A stretch of 64,000 nt of DNA from Chromatiales bacterium (GTDB taxonomy: Bacteria; Pseudomonadota; Gammaproteobacteria; Thiohalospirales; Thiohalospiraceae), in assembly GCA_026982395.1 (NCBI GenBank), contig JALSHD010000100.1, forward strand, positions 27-64,026, written 5' to 3'. The notes beneath the pieces are model-generated. The model was not told the DNA's origin. It was given only the letters and a program-made list of their open reading frames with translations, and searched no databases. The translations under genes and the position numbers were made by a program. Shown piece after piece: positions 1-9,566 of the stretch (position 1 is its first letter; the number at the start of each line of letters is the position of its first letter).

Positions 1-102
1 TTGCCGGGCCGGTAGGGGACTTTCACCCCCAAGTCTTCCCCTCGCCACCACAGCTCGGGGATTAGCGCCAGTCACGGCGCTGCGCGCCATGCCTGGCGCA
101 CG

Positions 103-140
103 AAATAAAAAAGGGAGGCGCTCCTTCGCCTCCCTTTTCC
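103..140. terminator. Intrinsic terminator hairpin, usable in both directions, just past the lipoprotein gene stop
   Basis: GGGAGGCG (113-120) pairs with CGCCTCCC (127-134) with a 6-nt loop. A-run 107-112 gives a U-run for the minus-strand transcript; T-run 135-138 on the plus strand. Confidence 0.7.
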
Positions 141-176
141 GTTTCCCTGCCCGGAAAAGCCCGGGACGGGAGAGCC

Positions 177-1730
177 TCAGTAACGACGCTTCAGCTGGCA
201 CACATCCATCTTGTTACCATCTTTCAGCGTTTTTTCGCCTACCCAGGTGGTGCCGGCCGGGCAGGTTTTGTCGGCCACCGGAGTGTTGCCGGCGAGGGTG
301 CCGCCGTTGGCAGGTTCCCATACCGTGGTGTTGCCGTTCAATCCGACGGTCCAGCCTTCGGTCCAGTTGGGCGAGGTGGCTGTGGGGTCGAACGCTCCGG
401 CATAGTTGGTGTTGACGAACCGGCTGTCAGGTGCGGTAAAGGTCAGACCCTGCACCGAGCTGGCGAACGCGCCCTGCGGCAGGCCGTAGCCGTTCAGGTC
501 GGCCGTTGCCGTGGCGTTGTTGTTGCTGCCGGATTCGGCAAACCAGTCGGCCACCATCTTCCTGCCCACGTCGGCAAAGGTGTCCTTGATATTATCACCG
601 TTGAGGTCCTGATCGCCGGATTCAAAATCGGTCTGGCAATCGACGAAGCTGTTGGCGATCATCAGCTCTCCGGTGTAGGCGCCGTTCGTGTAGGCCCGGT
701 CCATGGTCGCGGTTTCGTCGATGTCGATGCAGGCATCGGCGAAGCCGGTGATGATGGAGTTGTAGATCTTCGCTCCGGTGCCGCGGCGCAGCAGGATACC
801 ATCCGCAGATGCATCACCCGTTGGCAGGCCGATCAGGGTCATGTTGGCCAGAATCGGCATGGAGATCGGAGTGGCGTTCGGGTTGCCCTTGTCGTTGTCG
901 GCCTCGATGGCGCGGTCGGCGTCATCCGCCGCCTGTTTGACAACCAGGAACTGCGCCCCGCCGGTGTAGCCCTGTCCCCAGTCGAAGCTGTCGTCGCGGT
1001 TGTCGGTCAGCACGATGTGGTGCATGAAGTCGCTGGAGCCGAAGTGCTCGATGCCGTCATCCAGCCCCTTGTGAACCTGGATGTAACCCAGGCTGGTGCC
1101 GGAGCCGACGCCAAACAGGGTGAACCCGTTCAGCTCGTTGCCCTGACCGTCGAGATCGTTACCGGCATGACGAATGACCACATACTCGACGGTGCCGCTG
1201 CTGTCGGCATCGTTGCTGCCGCCGTATGCGCCGATGTTGCCTTCGGCTTCGACATCGCAGGGGGTGCCGCACTCGTTGGTTCTGGCGTAACCCATCAGCG
1301 CAAAACCGGCCCACTCGCCACGTGCGGAGGTGCCATCACCGCCGGCCAGCCAAGTATCAATCTGCTTTTCGGATGTCATGACAATGGGATCGTCTTTGCT
1401 CCCTTTGGCGTTAATCACGGAGCCGCGGGTAACAATCAGCCCCTCTTTCTCGCCGCCTATAATCAGGGTGCCTGGTTCAATATTCAGGGTGAATTTTTCA
1501 TCGTTGGCGGCGTTGCCGTCGGCAGCATCACCATTGCCGATATGGGTGCCAGGAAATCCTGATGCCAACTTGTAGATGTTGTCGTTGGTCAGGGTCAGGC
1601 TGTCGGTATCTGTGTTGTCGTTATTATTATTATCATCATTGTTGTCGTTGCTGCTGCCACTACCGCATGCGGTCATGCCGGACAGTGCGGCGATAATGGC
1701 CAGGGAAATGGCTGTCTTTTTGAATGACAT
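177..1730 (-). CDS. Secreted lipoprotein of unknown function, Asp/Gly-rich, paired with the adjacent TonB-dependent receptor
   Basis: 517-aa ORF. N-terminus MSFKKTAISLAIIAALSGMTAC is a signal peptide plus lipobox Cys, followed by an N/D low-complexity linker. No family recognised by eye. Confidence 0.8.
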   Translation of the reverse strand: MSFKKTAISLAIIAALSGMTACGSGSSNDNNDDNNNNDNTDTDSLTLTNDNIYKLASGFPGTHIGNGDAADGNAANDEKFTLNIEPGTLIIGGEKEGLIVTRGSVINAKGSKDDPIVMTSEKQIDTWLAGGDGTSARGEWAGFALMGYARTNECGTPCDVEAEGNIGAYGGSNDADSSGTVEYVVIRHAGNDLDGQGNELNGFTLFGVGSGTSLGYIQVHKGLDDGIEHFGSSDFMHHIVLTDNRDDSFDWGQGYTGGAQFLVVKQAADDADRAIEADNDKGNPNATPISMPILANMTLIGLPTGDASADGILLRRGTGAKIYNSIITGFADACIDIDETATMDRAYTNGAYTGELMIANSFVDCQTDFESGDQDLNGDNIKDTFADVGRKMVADWFAESGSNNNATATADLNGYGLPQGAFASSVQGLTFTAPDSRFVNTNYAGAFDPTATSPNWTEGWTVGLNGNTTVWEPANGGTLAGNTPVADKTCPAGTTWVGEKTLKDGNKMDVCQLKRRY

Positions 1731-1850
1731 CTGAACTACCTCTTGTGTGATTGAAAAAACTCCTGCTCATGTTAGAAGGGGTCTATTACAGCGGTATTTC
1801 ATCTGCATTAACTTTTTGTGAATGTTGCCTGAAGAAAGAAAATTATTTTA

Positions 1851-2002
1851 GCAACTACTCAGCTTACTCCTGAAACGCGCCATCTCTGCGTTCGGAAATG
1901 ACCATTTACCCTTGTGAACTCACATTTCCCGCCTTGATCTGACGCGTTTCAGGGGCAATCTGAGCAGTTACACAACCTGTTGACTACTCGCTGAGTAGTT
2001 AC
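1851..2002. mobile_element. 152-bp MITE-like element, family 1, copy 1
   Basis: Inverted termini GCAACTACTCAGC / GCTGAGTAGTTAC. Nested internal stems (CCTGAAACGCG...CGCGTTTCAGG; GGAAATG...CATTTCC). 15 mismatches and no indels in a hand alignment to 28926-29077. Flanked by TTATTTTA (1843-1850) and TTATTTTG (2003-2010). Confidence 0.85.
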
Positions 2003-2009
2003 TTATTTT

Positions 2010-2185
2010 GTAACTACTCACCACGAAGCTCACCAAGGGCGCGAAGAAAAAGCTGATCCGGCTGAAAAACAGTAAGTTGTATCTGTGACAGAGGGAGACC
2101 ATGAATTCAACATCAATCGTTACTAGTTTCCCATAGTGAAATCAATTCCTTCGTGTGCTTCGTGCTCTTCGTGGTGAATAGTTAC
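2010..2185. mobile_element. 176-bp MITE-like element, family 1b (same outer termini as family 1, different interior)
   Basis: Left end is GTAACTACTCACCACGAAGCTCACC. The reverse complement of the right end is GTAACTATTCACCACGAAGAGCACG, giving roughly 35-bp imperfect terminal inverted repeats. Directly abuts the family-1 copy. Confidence 0.65.
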
Positions 2186-2202
2186 ACTGTTTTTTTGAAC
2201 AC

Positions 2203-2230
2203 AAAAAAAAGCCGGAGGAAAACCACCGGC
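2203..2230 (-). terminator. Intrinsic terminator after the TonB-dependent receptor gene
   Basis: On the minus strand, GCCGG...CCGGC stem (2211-2215 / 2226-2230, extended by 2 more pairs) followed by a run of 8 T (plus-strand A-run 2203-2210). Lies 35 nt past the stop at 2265. Confidence 0.6.
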
Positions 2231-2264
2231 TGCAGGTCCTTCTCAAGCTTGTAACAGCCTCTTG

Positions 2265-5200
2265 CTACTTCCAGCTGTACTCCATGCCGATGGACAACGA
2301 TCTGCCCTTGTTATAGCTCTTCTGGATATCACTTCCCTGATGAACTTCGAATGCGGGGTCGAGTATATTCTTGAGTTTTGCCTTCAGCTTCAGCTCGGCG
2401 TGTTTCTCCTCGAACAGGAAGGAGCGGCTGTAGACAAAATCCAGCAGCGGCACCGGCTGTTCGTACAGGTCGGGACGGCTCTTTGTGCCGACGGTGGTGA
2501 TCCTCTCTCCAGCCATGTTGAACAGCAGGGACGCCTTGCTGCGCTTGAGCAGGTTTTCATAGCCCAGGGTGAGATTGACCACCCAGGGGGATTGTCCCTG
2601 CAGGGGGCGGTTGTCGGTGGTCTGCTGGGCACCGGCTTCGCCCAGGGATACGGTGGAGTCGATCAGGGAGAGGTTCGACTCGAGATAGAAGCGGGAGGCC
2701 GCCCGGCCGAACAGGCGGGAGAGCCAGAAGCGGGAGTTCAGTTCGATACCGAAGTTCTGCGCGGTTTCTGCGTTCCGGAAGGTGTGGATCCCGCCGGCTC
2801 CCAGCCGGATCACCCGTTCAATCGGTTTGTCGAAATTCTTGTAGAACAGCGCGGCGGAGAGCCCTTCGAATTTCGTCAGGTACCAGTCCCAGCGCAGGTC
2901 CAGGTGGGTGATGGAGGCGACCTCCAGGCGGGGGTTGCCGATCACCACGTCGCGGGTTTCCGGATCGATGTAGGGGGCTTGCGAAAGCTCCTTGAAGTCC
3001 GGCCGGTTTACCGTCTGGCTGGCTGCAAATTTCAGCTGCTGGTCCGGCCTGAACCGCCATGTTGCCGACAGGGCCGGAAGCAGGTTGTCGGCCACCAGGT
3101 TTTCCCTGTTGGCCTGGTCGGGGTTGGCCAGCTCGAAGGTGGTGACGGTCTGGTCGGAGTTTTCGAACCGCACGCCGGTCATCAGTTTGTACCTTTCTGC
3201 GTAGTCATACTCGCCCATCAGGTAGGCCGCGGTGACGGTCTGGCTGGCGGTGTAGTTGTCGGTGGGGAGAGTGGTGTTTTTCAGCCGGAATCCATCCTGG
3301 TCTATATTTTCCGGGGTGATGATCTTCTCCAGGGAGTCGGCGTACATCCCTTCCGGGTCCAGGTCGTTGTCCGATCGGGTCTCGAAACGGAAGCGCACTA
3401 TCTCGCTGTCGCGCCGCTTGTCATTCGCGCTCAGGCCGGCCTTCAGCAGCGCCTGTCCGGAGAGGAAATCGTACAGCGGCAGGGTGAGGTTCACTCCAAC
3501 ACTGGTGTTGGTGTCGCTCAGCTGTTCATACACCCGTTCGTTGGATTCGCCCAGCCGGTGATCGAAGTAGTAACGGCCGTTTTCATCCTGCTGATAGCGG
3601 TAGAAGCGGGAGTCGGGCTCGTCGCGGTCGGCGAGGGCGTAGCTGAGCTGCCAGTCCAGTTTCAGATCGTGCAGCGCCTCGATGTTGTGCTCGCCGTTGA
3701 ACTGCTGGGCGAACAGCTGCCGCTCGACCCACTCCAGGTGGCTCTCCTTTATGAACAGATCGTTCTCCGAACGATACCCCTCGTCGAGGATCGCGGTATC
3801 GGTGGTGTTTCTGGCGAGCAGCGTGGTGCTCTGCAGTTTGTGTCTGTCGCCCACCTCGAGGGAGAGATTCAACATGCCGTTCAGGTCGATGTCGTTTTGC
3901 GTCTTCTGCCGGGTGATGGTGTCGTCCGCAAACAGTCCGCCGCTGCCATCGAGGATGTAGTCCACCCGCTTCTCCTCGCGCTGCCGCCACTGGTTGCTGT
4001 AGCTGAGGGAGAAGTTGTAGCCCCATCCCCAGTCGCTGTCGTAGGCCTCGTAGCGATCGCCGAGGTTGATCTTCAGCCCCAGGTCGGGGGGCAGGGAGTC
4101 CCGCTGCAGGGCGTAGATCGCGGGCAGGGACTCGCCCGCCCGTTCGGTCTCCTCCTCGGACCAGAACACATCCAGCCGCCGGCCGCCGTCGCTGATCCGC
4201 CTCAGCGTGGCGGGCATCGCCCGGGTGCCATCGTCGAAACCGAGGAAGTCGCTGTCGCCGCCCCGGTAGGTCAAACCCTCCTGAAAGGTGGACTGGCTGT
4301 TGCCGCCCGTGGAGAGGGCGAACTTTCTCACCTTCTCCTCGGGAATCCCCCTGGTGCGCAGCAGGATCGCGCCGCCGCCGAACTCTCCCGGCATGTCGGG
4401 GGAGTAGGTCTTCTGCACCACGATGCTCCCCAGCACGCTGGCCGGAAGCAGATCGAGCGGCACCACGCGGCGGGTGGGATCGGGGCTGGGGAGGGCGGCC
4501 CCGTTCAGGGCGGTGCTCGAGTAGCGTTCGCCCAGGCCGCGCACGTAAACGAACTTGTCGTCGATCAGGGTCAGGCCGGTCACCCGCTTCAGCGCTCCCG
4601 CGGCGCTGCTGTCACCGGCGTTGGAGATCTGATCGGCGCTGATCACATCCACCACGTTGGAGCTGTTGCGCTGCTCGTCCAGCAGGGCCAGGGTGCCCCC
4701 CTCCAGATAGGGGGCGGTGACGGTGTACTCCTCCAGTTGCAGACCGGAAGGGGTCAGCTCCAGCTCGATGGTTTCGCTGCCGCCATCGGCCAGCTTCAGT
4801 CCGGTGCGGGTCTGGGTGCTGTACTCGGGATGGACCACGGAGAGGGAGTACTCCCCCGGCGGCACGCGCACGCTGAAGTGCCCCTCCTCGTCGGTGCGGA
4901 TCTCCTGGCGGATGCCGGAGAGGAAGATGCGCACCCCGCGGATCGGCTTGCCCCCCTCCAGGCTGTAGATATGGCCGCTGATGGTGGCGGTTGCGCTGCC
5001 GGGAACGCCGTCTTGCGCAGCGGTCAGATGGCGCGTCCCCGCCGAGCTCTCGATATCCACATCCGCCTCCGCGCCGCGGGTAGGGATGGAGAGGATTAGC
5101 TGGGTGCTGCCACCACTGTCCAGGGTGAGGGGGAGCTGCTTGAGCGAGCGTTCCCGGTGGCGCAGATCGAATGCGTACTCCCCCGGCGGTAGCTGCAGGT

Positions 5201-5381
5201 GGGCGGCGCCGTTCCGGTCGGTGACCGCGAGAACCGTCTCACCCTGTTTCAGACTCACCTCCGGTAGCGGCAGGCCCTCCTGAAACACGTAGAGATGCAG
5301 CCGCGCCGGCTGGTCGGCGAGCGCTACCGGGCCGAGGCAGGAGATCAGCAACAGCAGGAGCGAGCGAAGTTTCACAGACAT
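2265..5381 (-). CDS. TonB-dependent outer-membrane receptor with two N-terminal carboxypeptidase-regulatory-like domains
   Basis: 1038 aa. Signal peptide MSVKLRSLLLLLISCLGPVALA. Two about 80-aa segments with a PPGEY motif (CarboxypepD_reg-like). Plug-like region (VISADQISNAGDSSAAGALKRVTGLT, VRGLGERYS). Long barrel ending in ...GMEYSWK. Start overlaps the upstream TPR gene stop (ATGTCTGTGA). Confidence 0.9.
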   Translation of the reverse strand: MSVKLRSLLLLLISCLGPVALADQPARLHLYVFQEGLPLPEVSLKQGETVLAVTDRNGAAHLQLPPGEYAFDLRHRERSLKQLPLTLDSGGSTQLILSIPTRGAEADVDIESSAGTRHLTAAQDGVPGSATATISGHIYSLEGGKPIRGVRIFLSGIRQEIRTDEEGHFSVRVPPGEYSLSVVHPEYSTQTRTGLKLADGGSETIELELTPSGLQLEEYTVTAPYLEGGTLALLDEQRNSSNVVDVISADQISNAGDSSAAGALKRVTGLTLIDDKFVYVRGLGERYSSTALNGAALPSPDPTRRVVPLDLLPASVLGSIVVQKTYSPDMPGEFGGGAILLRTRGIPEEKVRKFALSTGGNSQSTFQEGLTYRGGDSDFLGFDDGTRAMPATLRRISDGGRRLDVFWSEEETERAGESLPAIYALQRDSLPPDLGLKINLGDRYEAYDSDWGWGYNFSLSYSNQWRQREEKRVDYILDGSGGLFADDTITRQKTQNDIDLNGMLNLSLEVGDRHKLQSTTLLARNTTDTAILDEGYRSENDLFIKESHLEWVERQLFAQQFNGEHNIEALHDLKLDWQLSYALADRDEPDSRFYRYQQDENGRYYFDHRLGESNERVYEQLSDTNTSVGVNLTLPLYDFLSGQALLKAGLSANDKRRDSEIVRFRFETRSDNDLDPEGMYADSLEKIITPENIDQDGFRLKNTTLPTDNYTASQTVTAAYLMGEYDYAERYKLMTGVRFENSDQTVTTFELANPDQANRENLVADNLLPALSATWRFRPDQQLKFAASQTVNRPDFKELSQAPYIDPETRDVVIGNPRLEVASITHLDLRWDWYLTKFEGLSAALFYKNFDKPIERVIRLGAGGIHTFRNAETAQNFGIELNSRFWLSRLFGRAASRFYLESNLSLIDSTVSLGEAGAQQTTDNRPLQGQSPWVVNLTLGYENLLKRSKASLLFNMAGERITTVGTKSRPDLYEQPVPLLDFVYSRSFLFEEKHAELKLKAKLKNILDPAFEVHQGSDIQKSYNKGRSLSIGMEYSWK

Positions 5382-6529
5382 TGCCAGCGCTCCTCGTCAC
5401 AAACGGACATCGCCTTGCGCAGCGCGGCCGCCTTGCGGAACAGGGCGGGGGTGGTGATGGCGGTCAGGTGGCGGGCGGCCGCCTCGAAGTGGCCCGCCTT
5501 GAACGCGGCGTAGGCCACGGCGTAGCGGATCTGGTCGTCGTTCAGCAGACCGTGGCGATACAACGCCTCGCTCATCCCTTCGGCCTGCTCGAACATGCCC
5601 ATGTCGAGCAGGATAGCGAGGCGCTGCTTCAGTTTCTTCTGCTGATCGAGGGCTCTTTCGTTCAGAAACAGCGCCCGGCCGGGGTGGCCGGCGCGGCGGT
5701 AGAGCTCTGCCGCATCGATCAGATAGTCACCCCCCAGGGCGGCAGCGCGCTCCATCATGCCGGCGGCGGTGTAGTAGCTGCCCAGGTCGGCATACACCTT
5801 GGCCAGAGCCAGCAGGATGCGCTGGTTTTCCGGATGCTTGACCTTGCCCAGCTCGAGAAAGTCGAGGCCGGAGATGGCCTGGCCGGCCTGGCGGAGCGCC
5901 TCGCCGATGGCCACATAGTCGTCCGGCCCCGGCCGGTAGCGCTCCATGTAGATCAGGCCGAGGCGTGAAGCCTCCTGATACAGCCCCAGCTCCACCAGCA
6001 TGAACACCTTGCGGCGCATGAACGGGGCGCCGTCGCTGAACTGCCGCTCGCCGAATTGCAGCGCCTCCCAGGCGGTCGGTTTGTCGCCCAGCTTCCAGTG
6101 AAGCTGCGACTTCAGCAACACCACGCCGGGGGCGCTCAGCAGCAGCTCGTCGCCACCGCGCTGCAGGGCGTCGAGCCCCTTGCGGTACTGTTCATCGTGC
6201 CAGGCGGCCCGGGCCAGGTGGAGATATACCTGGGTGTCCTCCTGCCCGTGCCGGATGGCCTTTTCCAGACTCTCCACCGCATCGGAGTAACGCTCCAGCT
6301 TGAGCTCGGTGAGCCCCTTGAGGGTGTAGTAGCGGATGAAATCGAACCCCTCCCTGGCGGTGTCCACACTCTCCAGCGCCTGCGCCGCCCGTTCGTAGTG
6401 GCCGTCGCGCACCATCAGCGCCGCCAGTCCCAGGTAGTCCACCTGCTTCTGCCCGGCGAACACTCCGCCAGCGGCGACCAGCAGCAACAGGCAGAGCAGC
6501 AGGACGGGTGGTTTCATGGTTATCCTCAT
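5372..6529 (-). CDS. Periplasmic TPR-repeat protein (TtpD-like member of TonB2-type clusters)
   Basis: 385 aa with an N-terminal signal peptide and TPR-like helical repeats. Sits immediately after tonB, as in Vibrio TonB2 clusters. Confidence 0.75.
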   Translation of the reverse strand: MRITMKPPVLLLCLLLLVAAGGVFAGQKQVDYLGLAALMVRDGHYERAAQALESVDTAREGFDFIRYYTLKGLTELKLERYSDAVESLEKAIRHGQEDTQVYLHLARAAWHDEQYRKGLDALQRGGDELLLSAPGVVLLKSQLHWKLGDKPTAWEALQFGERQFSDGAPFMRRKVFMLVELGLYQEASRLGLIYMERYRPGPDDYVAIGEALRQAGQAISGLDFLELGKVKHPENQRILLALAKVYADLGSYYTAAGMMERAAALGGDYLIDAAELYRRAGHPGRALFLNERALDQQKKLKQRLAILLDMGMFEQAEGMSEALYRHGLLNDDQIRYAVAYAAFKAGHFEAAARHLTAITTPALFRKAAALRKAMSVCDEERWQCL

Positions 6530-7164
6530 CCCAGCTCGAAACGGATAGTCTGATTGGCCCAGCTGTCCACCGCCTTGCCGTCATATCTGGCGGGAGTGAA
6601 GACCCAGGACTTCACCGCCCTGATGGCGGCGGAGTCGAACACCCCCGGGGGGTCCGACTCCAGCACCCGCGCATCCTCCACCCTGCCGCTGGTGCTGATG
6701 AACAGGCTCAACACCACATACCCCTCCAGATCCTTCGCCTTGGCGCGGGCGGGGTAGTTCAGCGGGGTGCGTTTGAGGACGCGCGGCGGGGTGTCCACCA
6801 TGTCGCTGGTCATCACCACATTGCCGGTATCGCCGAGCAGGGAGTCGTCGATCTCTCCCGTACCGTCAGTGCCGAAGTCGAAACCGAAATCGAGCCCGGA
6901 CAGTTCGATGTTCAGATCAGCGACCAGCGCGGGCGGCGGTGGCGCCTTGTTCTGCTTGCGCGGTTTGCGCACCACCTCTTTCTTCGGCCTGGGCTTCTCC
7001 GGCTGCTTGACCGCAAACTCCGCCACGGATCGCGGTGAGCGCTCCTTTTCGAGACGGGGGGAGTCGTTGATGAACAGCAGCGTGCCGAAGACCACCACCC
7101 CGCCCAGCAGCATCCACAAGGCGCCGCGGATGCGGTGCTCAATGGCTGGACGCACCTGCTCCAC
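6526..7164 (-). CDS. tonB: Energy transducer TonB
   Basis: 212 aa with an N-terminal TM helix, a Pro/Lys-rich spacer (KQPEKPRPKKEVVRKPRKQNKAPPPP) and a C-terminal TonB_C-like domain (PLNYPARAKAKDLEGYVVLSLFISTSGRV). Confidence 0.9.
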   Translation of the reverse strand: MEQVRPAIEHRIRGALWMLLGGVVVFGTLLFINDSPRLEKERSPRSVAEFAVKQPEKPRPKKEVVRKPRKQNKAPPPPALVADLNIELSGLDFGFDFGTDGTGEIDDSLLGDTGNVVMTSDMVDTPPRVLKRTPLNYPARAKAKDLEGYVVLSLFISTSGRVEDARVLESDPPGVFDSAAIRAVKSWVFTPARYDGKAVDSWANQTIRFELG

Positions 7165-7568
7165 TAACCGGCCTCCTGCTCGGTGACCACACCGACATCA
7201 GAGGCGCCGGCCAGACGGCACTGGTCCACCACCTCCACCAGTTTCTCCGCCGGGACGCTCGCGTCGGTCACGATCAGCACCGAGCCATCGGCGTTCTGCT
7301 CCAGCAGTTCACGCAGCCGGGACTGGATCACCCAGGTGCGAATGGGCTGGCCATCCAGAAAGGTGTCGCCGCTGGCGTCGATATAGACCCGGATCGCCTT
7401 CGAGGAGGAGAGGGTGCTGGAGGTGGCCTTGGGGCGGTTGATATCCAGATCCATATCCTTCACGAATGTGGCGGTCACCATGAAAAAGATCAGCAGGATG
7501 AACACCATGTCTATCAGCGGCGATATGTCGATATCCTGCTGTGTCTCTTCTCTGTCGCGGTATCTCAT
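7164..7568 (-). CDS. exbD: Biopolymer transport protein ExbD/TolR
   Basis: 134 aa. IDISPLIDMVFILLIFFMVTATF is the typical ExbD TM segment. Operon position between exbB and tonB. Confidence 0.9.
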   Translation of the reverse strand: MRYRDREETQQDIDISPLIDMVFILLIFFMVTATFVKDMDLDINRPKATSSTLSSSKAIRVYIDASGDTFLDGQPIRTWVIQSRLRELLEQNADGSVLIVTDASVPAEKLVEVVDQCRLAGASDVGVVTEQEAG

Positions 7569-8173
7569 CTCTCACCAACCTCCGCAGGCGTGCTGCATAA
7601 AATGTCCTTGATCTGATCCAGATCGCGTTCGATCTCTTGCTGGCGCTTGTCCAGGAAACGGCCCAGCAGCATGCCGGGAATGGCGATCACCAGCCCCAGC
7701 TGGGTGGTGAACAGCGCCTGTGACACCCCGGCGGCGATGCCACCGTCCGCGGTGAACATGGCCATCTCCTGCAGCGAATCGAAGGTCTCGATCATGCCGG
7801 CGACGGTGCCCAGCAGTCCCAGCAGGGGCGAGACCACGACGATGCTGCGCACCAGCACCCGGTAGCCGTTCAGCAGTTCGCTGTATTCGTTGAAGGCGTC
7901 ATCGAGCCAGGCCCGCAGGCGGGGCGGGTTGCTGCGCTTTATCTCCACGCCGCGGCGGATGGCATCCTCCACGATGCCGTTGCGCGGCTGCCAGCTTCCC
8001 TCCCGGTAGCGGTCCAGCAGCTCGCGCACGCTGTACTGGCCACCTCCCCGCTGCAGCGAGGAGAAGCGGTAGCCGAGGGCGTACCACAGCAGCAATGCGC
8101 CGAGGGCGAGCGGCGGCATGACGTAGCCACCCACCTCGAAGTAGCGGGCGATGCTCTCCAGCAGATACTCCAT
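7565..8173 (-). CDS. exbB: MotA/TolQ/ExbB proton channel protein
   Basis: 202 aa. C-terminal motif LLGLLGTVAGMIETF...ALFTTQLGLVIAIP is characteristic of ExbB/TolQ. Confidence 0.9.
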   Translation of the reverse strand: MEYLLESIARYFEVGGYVMPPLALGALLLWYALGYRFSSLQRGGGQYSVRELLDRYREGSWQPRNGIVEDAIRRGVEIKRSNPPRLRAWLDDAFNEYSELLNGYRVLVRSIVVVSPLLGLLGTVAGMIETFDSLQEMAMFTADGGIAAGVSQALFTTQLGLVIAIPGMLLGRFLDKRQQEIERDLDQIKDILCSTPAEVGER

Positions 8174-8184
8174 CGCCGACGGCC

Positions 8185-9543
8185 TCAGGCGGCGGCACGT
8201 TCAGTCATGTTGATCACCCGCAGCGCCGCCTTTTCCATGTTCTCCTTGATGCGGTTGCTCCAGGCGTTCAACAGGTTTCCGGTCAGCAGCGCGGGGATCG
8301 CGACGATCAAGCCGAGCTCGGTGGTCACCAGCGCGGTGGAGATCCCGCCGGAGAGCAGCCTGGGATCGCCGGTGCCGAACTCGGTGATCACATCGAAGGT
8401 GGTGATCATGCCGGTCACCGTACCCAGCAGCCCGAGCAGCGGGGATACCGCGGCAATGACGATGATGAAGGTGGAGAAACGGCTCAGGTTGCCGCTCTCG
8501 TGCAGGATGCTCTCGGAGACGATATCCTCCAGGTGATCGCGCTCCCGATCGATGTTGCGCAGCGTGGAGGCCACCACCCGGGCGGTGGAGCCTTTGGTTC
8601 TTTCGCAGAAGCGCAGCGCTTCGGCAAGCTTTCCCTTTCGCACCAGCGTGCTGACCTTTTTCAGTACCACGTTATTGGTGGCGCTGGCGGAACGAAGATA
8701 GAAAATCCGCGCCACGATTGCGATCACCACCAGCAGACCCAGAGTGACGATCACCCAGCCGATGATGCCGCCGGACTCCACCACCTCGAGGGCGCTTTTT
8801 TCCGGCTTCTGATCGATTGCCTTGCTCGATGACTCGAACAGAAATATCTTCAGCAGCTGCGGTGGTTCTCCCTCCGCCACCGCCCTGGCGACCGCTCCCG
8901 TCTCCTCTCCCTTGTAAATGCGAAATGCACCTTCACCGGCAGGAACCAGGGCACCGCTGCCGGAATCGCTGGTGCCGTAGGCGGCGATGTTTCCTATCCT
9001 CACAATGGTGCCGTTTGCCTGGGTTCCGTTTGCCAGGAAAAATGTTCCCTTCTCCTTTCTGACCGACCCCAAAGTCACAACCAGATCGTTGGCCATCTGG
9101 TAAAGTTCTCCCAGACGATCCTCGTTTTTGGCATTGACAAAATCCACCTGATCGGCAAGTTTGAAACCATAGTCACTCATGCTGGCATTGGCCTGTTCAA
9201 ACATCGAATCCAGCGCCTGCTGGTTGTCGCTGTTGGCCTCGATCTGGTGTTCTGCCTTGATGACATCATCGTTCAGTTGCTCAATCTCTGCATCCAGCCG
9301 CTGCAGCTGTGTTTCATAGGCAGAGATCTTGTTGGTAACGACGTTGGCCTTGGCTCTGGACCCGGATTTGAATTTTTTCAGGCGCCGGAGCAGCTCCTGT
9401 TTCTGGGTCTCCAGAAAGGCGAACTCTTTTTGAAATGCCTGCTCGAGAGAACCATTTTCTCCCTCCGCGGCATGGCTCTGCATAGCCACGACACAAAGCA
9501 GGATGAAGGTCAACAAAAGGGTGCCGGTCTTGTTTGGCAACAT
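8185..9543 (-). CDS. Large MotA/TolQ/ExbB-family protein with N-terminal periplasmic coiled-coil domain (TtpC-like)
   Basis: 452 aa. Signal peptide, coiled-coil region, then an ExbB-like C-terminus (LLGLLGTVTGMITTF...ALVTTELGLIVAIP). Confidence 0.85.
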   Translation of the reverse strand: MLPNKTGTLLLTFILLCVVAMQSHAAEGENGSLEQAFQKEFAFLETQKQELLRRLKKFKSGSRAKANVVTNKISAYETQLQRLDAEIEQLNDDVIKAEHQIEANSDNQQALDSMFEQANASMSDYGFKLADQVDFVNAKNEDRLGELYQMANDLVVTLGSVRKEKGTFFLANGTQANGTIVRIGNIAAYGTSDSGSGALVPAGEGAFRIYKGEETGAVARAVAEGEPPQLLKIFLFESSSKAIDQKPEKSALEVVESGGIIGWVIVTLGLLVVIAIVARIFYLRSASATNNVVLKKVSTLVRKGKLAEALRFCERTKGSTARVVASTLRNIDRERDHLEDIVSESILHESGNLSRFSTFIIVIAAVSPLLGLLGTVTGMITTFDVITEFGTGDPRLLSGGISTALVTTELGLIVAIPALLTGNLLNAWSNRIKENMEKAALRVINMTERAAA

Positions 9544-9566
9544 CGCTATCTACACCTGTATATTTT

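Noticed and set aside
2262-5099. 945-aa open reading frame on the plus strand
   Set aside because: It lies entirely antisense to the TonB-dependent receptor gene, which has a complete signal peptide, plug and barrel architecture. The plus-strand product is a low-complexity V/G/A/L/Q-rich sequence with no recognisable motif. This is a typical shadow ORF of a GC-rich gene.
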